Source: Candidatus Hydrogenedentota bacterium
Lineage (GTDB): Bacteria; Hydrogenedentota; Hydrogenedentia; Hydrogenedentales; SLHB01
Direction: 5' to 3'
Length of the DNA: 33,224 bases
Assembly (NCBI GenBank): GCA_045863335.1
Contig: BTVY01000055.1
Location: forward strand, 5,188-38,411
Shown: positions 28,602 through 33,224 of the stretch, piece after piece
Layout: each line of letters begins with the position of its first letter
Numbering within the stretch: the stretch's first letter is position 1
The notes under the pieces: model-generated
Told to the model about the DNA's origin: nothing
Database searches by the model: none
Seen by the model: the letters and a program-made list of their open reading frames with translations, nothing else
Translations under genes and position numbers: made by a program

Positions 28602-28758
28602 TGGAGTGCGGCCACTTGTGGCTGCTTTGTATTTGGCTGACTTCAAATGACCTAAGAAATATCAGACATCTTTAGGATCGCGAAACGTTGAATTACCCGC
28701 CTAACTTAGGGCTGATTCGATTGACTAAAGAAAAGCAGTCGCGAGCGACCGCACTCCA
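28602..28758. repeat. Inverted pair of GGAG-type REP-like palindromes
   Basis: TGGAGTGCGGCCACTTGTGGCTGCTTT (28602-28628). The reverse complement of 28732-28758 reads TGGAGTGCGGTCGCTCGCGACTGCTTT. Confidence 0.82.
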
Positions 28759-28786
28759 TAGTACGCCCTAAGACACGTCGGTGTAA

Positions 28787-29110
28787 TTACGCGTTCGCTT
28801 CTTCCGTCGCCGGAGCGGGCTGCGCGGTTTCCACGTCTTCCGGCTTCTTGCCCGCCGCGAAGGCCGACATCACGCCGTGTTTCTTTAACAATTTGCGCGC
28901 CGTGTCCGAGGGCTTCGCGCCTTCGCCAAGCCACTGCAAGGCCTTTTTCACGTCGATTTCGTCGTGGGCCTGCGGGTTTGCGCAGGGGTGGTACACGCCG
29001 ATCTGGTCGATGACGCGGCCCCGCGTCCGGTCGCGCGAATCCATGACGACCACCCGATAGTAGGGTGCGTGCGTGCGTCCGCCGCGCTGCAATCGAATCA
29101 CTGTTGCCAT
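28787..29110 (-). CDS. rpsP: 30S ribosomal protein S16
   Basis: IRLQRGG..APYYRVVVMDSR...GRVIDQIGVYHP, WLGEGAKPSDT. ATG 29110 after AGGA. Confidence 0.96.
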   Translation of the reverse strand: MATVIRLQRGGRTHAPYYRVVVMDSRDRTRGRVIDQIGVYHPCANPQAHDEIDVKKALQWLGEGAKPSDTARKLLKKHGVMSAFAAGKKPEDVETAQPAPATEEANA

Positions 29111-29183
29111 ACCGTTTCCTTTGTTCTCCTGGGTCCAACGCGCCCCACGGCGCATTCGTTCGTTTCTGCGGTATCTCTCAAGA

Positions 29184-29348
29184 AACATCCCCCTTGATCC
29201 CCCTTCAAAGGGGGAATTGCTGCGCGCTGAAGCGCGCGCTCAGAGGGCGAATCCACTTACTCAACTTTTCATCGTCAGATGACGACTGCACGGCGTATAC
29301 GGCTGGCCGTCTTCATTCCCCCTTTGAAGGGGGATCAAGGGGGATGTT
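29184..29348. repeat. Perfect 34-bp inverted repeat element (CCCCCTTCAAAGGGGG family)
   Basis: AACATCCCCCTTGATCCCCCTTCAAAGGGGGAAT (29184-29217) and its exact reverse complement at 29315-29348. Confidence 0.92.
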
Positions 29349-29355
29349 CTTCCGG

Positions 29356-30684
29356 CTACATGCCGGGCATACGCATCATACGCCGGCGTTTGCCGCCACC
29401 CTTCATCATCTGCTTCATCATCTTCTTCATCTTCTCGAAGTCCTTCAGCAAGCGGTTCACGTCCTGCACGGTCGTGCCGCTGCCGTCGGCGATCCGGAGA
29501 CGCCGGCTCCCGTTGATGATCTTCGGGTTCTTGCGCTCCTTCTTCGTCATCGAGTAGATGATCGCTTCGGTATATTTCAGCTCGTCCATGTCGAGTTCCT
29601 GGTCGCCCAACATCTTCGACATGCCCGGAATCTTCTTCACGAGGTCGCCCAGATTCCCCATCTTCTTGACCTGCTGCATCTGATCGAGGAAGTCTTCGAG
29701 ATCCCAGGAAGCCTTGCGGGCCTTCTTCTGGAACTCGATGGCCTTTTCCTGATCGACGACCTGTTGGGCCTGTTCCACGAGGGAGACGATGTCGCCCATG
29801 CCCAGGATCTGGTCGGCCATGCGCTGCGGATGAAATGCCTGCAATGCATCGAGCTTCTCGCCCGTACCAACGAACTTAATCGGGCAACCCGTCACCTGGA
29901 TCAGGCTGATGGCCGCACCGCCGCGCGCGTCGCCGTCCATCTGCGTCAGGATCACGCCGGTCAAGGGCAGATTCTCATGGAACTGCTTGGCCGAGTTCAC
30001 CGCGTCCTGACCGGTCATGGCGTTGGCGACGAACAGGATTTCGTGGGGCGTCACTTGCGACTGGATGCGCCGCACTTCGCCCATCATCTGCTCATCCACG
30101 TGCAGGCGGCCCGCCGTGTCGAGAATGATAATGTCGCAGTTGCGCATCTGCGCTTCGCCGCGCGCCATCACGCAGGTGTCGACGGGGTCCGCGTCCGCGC
30201 CCAGGCTGAAGCATTCCACCCCCGCCTGTTGGGCGACGACTTCCAACTGCTTGATAGCGGCCGGACGGTACACGTCCGCACCGACCAGCAGGGGGTGGCG
30301 TCCCTGTTTCTTCAACTGTAAGGCCAGCTTACCGGCCGTGGTCGTCTTACCTTGTCCCTGGAGGCCGACCATCATGATGATCGTCGGCGGCGTCTGGGCC
30401 AACTGGAGCGGGGCGTTCGACCCGCCCATGATCTTGACCAACTCGTCATGGACGATCTTGACCAGAACCTGCCCGGGTTGCAGGCTCGACAGGACCTCCT
30501 GCCCGAGGGCCTGCTCCTGCACGTCCGCGATGAACTGCTTGACGACCTTATAGTTAACGTCGGCCTCGAGCAGCGCCATCCGGATTTCCTGGAGGCCATC
30601 CTTCATGTTCTTCTCGGTCAGTTTGCCCTGACCGCGAAGGTTCTTGAAGGCCTTCTCCAGCTTTTTGCTCAGTGACTCAAACAC
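29356..30684 (-). CDS. ffh: Signal recognition particle protein Ffh
   Basis: ALLEADVN, GLQGQGKTTT, DVYRPAA, DTAGR, DGDARGG, GMGD, and a Met-rich M domain (SRRLRIADGSG). Confidence 0.98.
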   Translation of the reverse strand: MFESLSKKLEKAFKNLRGQGKLTEKNMKDGLQEIRMALLEADVNYKVVKQFIADVQEQALGQEVLSSLQPGQVLVKIVHDELVKIMGGSNAPLQLAQTPPTIIMMVGLQGQGKTTTAGKLALQLKKQGRHPLLVGADVYRPAAIKQLEVVAQQAGVECFSLGADADPVDTCVMARGEAQMRNCDIIILDTAGRLHVDEQMMGEVRRIQSQVTPHEILFVANAMTGQDAVNSAKQFHENLPLTGVILTQMDGDARGGAAISLIQVTGCPIKFVGTGEKLDALQAFHPQRMADQILGMGDIVSLVEQAQQVVDQEKAIEFQKKARKASWDLEDFLDQMQQVKKMGNLGDLVKKIPGMSKMLGDQELDMDELKYTEAIIYSMTKKERKNPKIINGSRRLRIADGSGTTVQDVNRLLKDFEKMKKMMKQMMKGGGKRRRMMRMPGM

Positions 30685-30757
30685 GATTCAACCCGGATTT
30701 CTCGTTTTTCAGGGATTCGTTCCATGGGCACAGATCGCCCCTGATGACAGACTGGGG

Positions 30758-30787
30758 AGTCTAGCATACGGCCAACGGAAACTTCAA
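30758..30787 (-). promoter_or_regulatory. Sigma-70-type promoter for the ffh operon
   Basis: Minus strand TTGAAG-18 nt-TAGACT, with TG of an extended -10. Confidence 0.5.
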
Positions 30788-31175
30788 CCGCCGGACGGGG
30801 TTAAGATCATGATCGCCAATTCGCTATGCCTCGATCTCCGTTCCCTCATTTAGAATCTGGAGAAACTCCAAGTATGAATCGGGGCGAAATGAGTGTCCAA
30901 AGAACGACGCTATTGCCATAAGAAGTTTATGTTAGCTAGGAGCTAATATAAAGTTTTGGCGATTTTTTATATTAGCCTTTCCGGCATTCGGCTGGCAAAC
31001 TGCGCCATAACGCTATCATTTGTAATGATTTATGCCTACTTTCGAGCATTTGAGGTGGTAAAACCTCCTAATCACTTTTCACGATGACTATCCATTTCTT
31101 GAAGCCCGCACCGGTCATGTCAGTGGTATGGGATTCCTGCCAAAGTGCAGAATAGGGAGAGTTGGGGGTGCGCAG

Positions 31176-33107
31176 ATGAAGACCGAACCCAAGATTCCCT
31201 CCGGAGCGAAGAGCGCTCTTCGAGTCGCTGCACTTACAGGAATACTAAGTCCCCACGCCTGGGCGAATGCCGGCACGCCGCTCATGCTGCTGACCTTTGC
31301 CCATCTCATGTTCGGCAACGCCATCATTGGATTGGCGGAGGGACTGCTGCTGTGGCTGATGTTCCGCAAGTCGGCACGGCTTATCGTGGTTCCGTTGATG
31401 ATTGCGGCGAATTACCTGTCCGCATGGGTCGGGTATGCCTTTGTCGTGGGCGTTCGAGAATTCGGCATTGTTGGAGGGCAACTTCCTACCGATCCACAAC
31501 ACGCACTCTCGGTGTTGCCGGACACTTTACACACAGCATTCTGGATCGTAGCCGCAGTTACGTTTGCGATGTCGGTCGTCCTGGAATGGCCGTTCGTCGC
31601 GTTCGCTCTCAAGCCGCGACCACGCCGCGCGTTGGTCGCGCTCGGAATTTCGCTGTTATTGCAGACAGCATCTTATGCACTGATCGCGCCCCTTTACGGG
31701 ACTGCTGCGAAGGTCAACCTACTCGAGGAGACCGTAGACGCCGCAGTGGTGGCCGGCTCGGCCAACAACGCGTGGATTTATTACATCTCTCAAGTCGGAG
31801 CAACGCTCAATCAGATCCGCATCAATGGCTCAGACAGAGGAATTGTCGCCACACTTCCCGTCGTTGAAGGGGAGCATCGCTGGTTGCGACCCGTAGCGGC
31901 AGAAGGCGATGAGACGATCGCCCTCGCATACCGGACGTCGGCTGATGAAAACCATGTGGCGATTTCAGACTGGTGCAAGCGTTCTCACCATCCCTGGAAG
32001 ATCTTCCCGAACCCGCAGGGCGATTATCCGCCCGAATGGGAAACTCCGTGGCACGCGAGTACCTCGGATCTGATTCATCGTGGGCTCGCTGTATACAACT
32101 CTGACCAGCACGAAGCTCGGAATTTGTTCCTAGATACTCCATTGCTGGATTGGGAATGCGTCAATGCGACTCTCCTTCCTGATCATCGGGTTGTTTTCCA
32201 ACTCGGACCCTGGATTGTTTTGTACGAGATCGACTCGCGTCGCATCGGCGTCATCGCGGAAGGCCACAGCCCCGTGCTCGTTCTGGATGAATCGACTACG
32301 ACCGACGCTACGACCGCCTCGGATGTTTCCGTCGAGGGTCCATCGGAAAGCGCCAACGGCTTCGCCGCGTACACCGTGAATTCGCCGTACCAAGCCCGGT
32401 CCACGGAAATCGAAGTATTGCCGCCGGACGTGATGGTTCCCGGCGAAACGTATCCCGTGCTGTACCTGCTTCCGGTCAACGACGGGATCATGAACCAGTG
32501 GGGCAGCGGCATTGTTGAGGCCCGCAAGCACGACCTCGCCAACCGGTTCAAGGTCATCTGTGTGTCGCCGGAATATGACTACACCCCCTGGTACGGCAAC
32601 CACCCGAGCGATCCCGCGCTGCAGCAGGAGACGTATCTGCTGGAGGTCGTCATGCCGGTGATCGAGGCGCGCTATCCGGTCGTGCCCGGCAGGGACGGAC
32701 GCATCCTGCTCGGGTTCAGCAAGTCGGGGTTCGGCGCGATCGCGATCGCGCTGCGGAATCTCGACCGTATCGGCAAAGCCGCCGCGTGGGATGCACCGTT
32801 GATGATGACGAGTCCGTTTCCGAACGAGGAGGAGATGATGCGCGTGTTCGTGTCGCAGGAGAACTTCGATCCCTTCTGCGTACCGGCGCTCGTCGAGAAA
32901 CATGCGGCAGCGTTGCGGGCCGGCCCGTCGCGTTTCGTGCTCGTGTCCAACGGAAGTGAAACGGGATCGGTCCCGGATCTGCACGGCCTGTTAGAAAACT
33001 ACGGGATCCCGCACCGGTTTCTGATCGACCAGCGACGCGAACACACGTGGACCAGCGACTGGCTGCCCGTCGTGGCGGAGCTGTTGTTCGCGCTGGACAA
33101 CACGTGA
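31176..33107 (+). CDS. Multi-pass membrane protein fused to a C-terminal alpha/beta-hydrolase (esterase-like) domain
   Basis: Four to five hydrophobic helices after ANAGTPLM. C-terminal YPVLYLL, nucleophile elbow GFSKSG and His motif EHTW. Start at 31176 or 31128. Confidence 0.75.
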   Translation: MKTEPKIPSGAKSALRVAALTGILSPHAWANAGTPLMLLTFAHLMFGNAIIGLAEGLLLWLMFRKSARLIVVPLMIAANYLSAWVGYAFVVGVREFGIVGGQLPTDPQHALSVLPDTLHTAFWIVAAVTFAMSVVLEWPFVAFALKPRPRRALVALGISLLLQTASYALIAPLYGTAAKVNLLEETVDAAVVAGSANNAWIYYISQVGATLNQIRINGSDRGIVATLPVVEGEHRWLRPVAAEGDETIALAYRTSADENHVAISDWCKRSHHPWKIFPNPQGDYPPEWETPWHASTSDLIHRGLAVYNSDQHEARNLFLDTPLLDWECVNATLLPDHRVVFQLGPWIVLYEIDSRRIGVIAEGHSPVLVLDESTTTDATTASDVSVEGPSESANGFAAYTVNSPYQARSTEIEVLPPDVMVPGETYPVLYLLPVNDGIMNQWGSGIVEARKHDLANRFKVICVSPEYDYTPWYGNHPSDPALQQETYLLEVVMPVIEARYPVVPGRDGRILLGFSKSGFGAIAIALRNLDRIGKAAAWDAPLMMTSPFPNEEEMMRVFVSQENFDPFCVPALVEKHAAALRAGPSRFVLVSNGSETGSVPDLHGLLENYGIPHRFLIDQRREHTWTSDWLPVVAELLFALDNT

Positions 33108-33165
33108 TGCCAGTGCCCTTAACCCTCAGTTCCTGCGCCTACGCCTTGCGCAAGGCATTGCGCAA

Positions 33166-33188
33166 ATTCCCCCTTTGAAGGGGGATCA
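33166..33188. repeat. Third (partial) copy of the CCCCCTTTGAAGGGGG palindromic repeat
   Basis: ATTCCCCCTTTGAAGGGGGATCA is identical to 29315-29337. Confidence 0.85.
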
Positions 33189-33224
33189 GTGCTGTCCTAA
33201 ACGCCGGGAAAGGGCGAGCGAACA

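Overview
GC-rich bacterial chromosomal window with no transposase, integrase, tRNA, rRNA or CRISPR array. The DUF1559 pilin-like protein and the membrane-tethered ECF sigma factor suggest a PVC-like lineage, possibly Ca. Hydrogenedentota (inference only). The left half holds envelope and regulatory genes: ankyrin protein, HEAT lipoprotein, GT2-TPR, ECF sigma with a large C-terminal extension, methyltransferase, DUF1559, GT2, receiver protein, AsmA-like protein and radical SAM. The right half is mostly housekeeping: guaB-guaA, two divergent acyl-CoA dehydrogenase paralogs, a TPR lipoprotein, and ffh-rpsP-khpA-rimM-trmD-rplS-rnhB. It ends with a membrane protein/esterase fusion. The best candidate for an undescribed system is at 7632-9145 (minus strand). 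A DUF2946/CruR/CutF-like leader ORF (signal segment, CC, CxxC, C-terminal RDPP arrest-like motif) is followed by a C-rich spacer and an unusually Met-rich DUF1559 pilin-like gene. This suggests copper-responsive ribosome-stalling control of a possible metal-binding pseudopilin. Many intergenic spaces carry inverted-pair repeats from at least six distinct families (REP/REPIN-like elements and 9-mer arrays). Start codons were refined by eye from RBS context.
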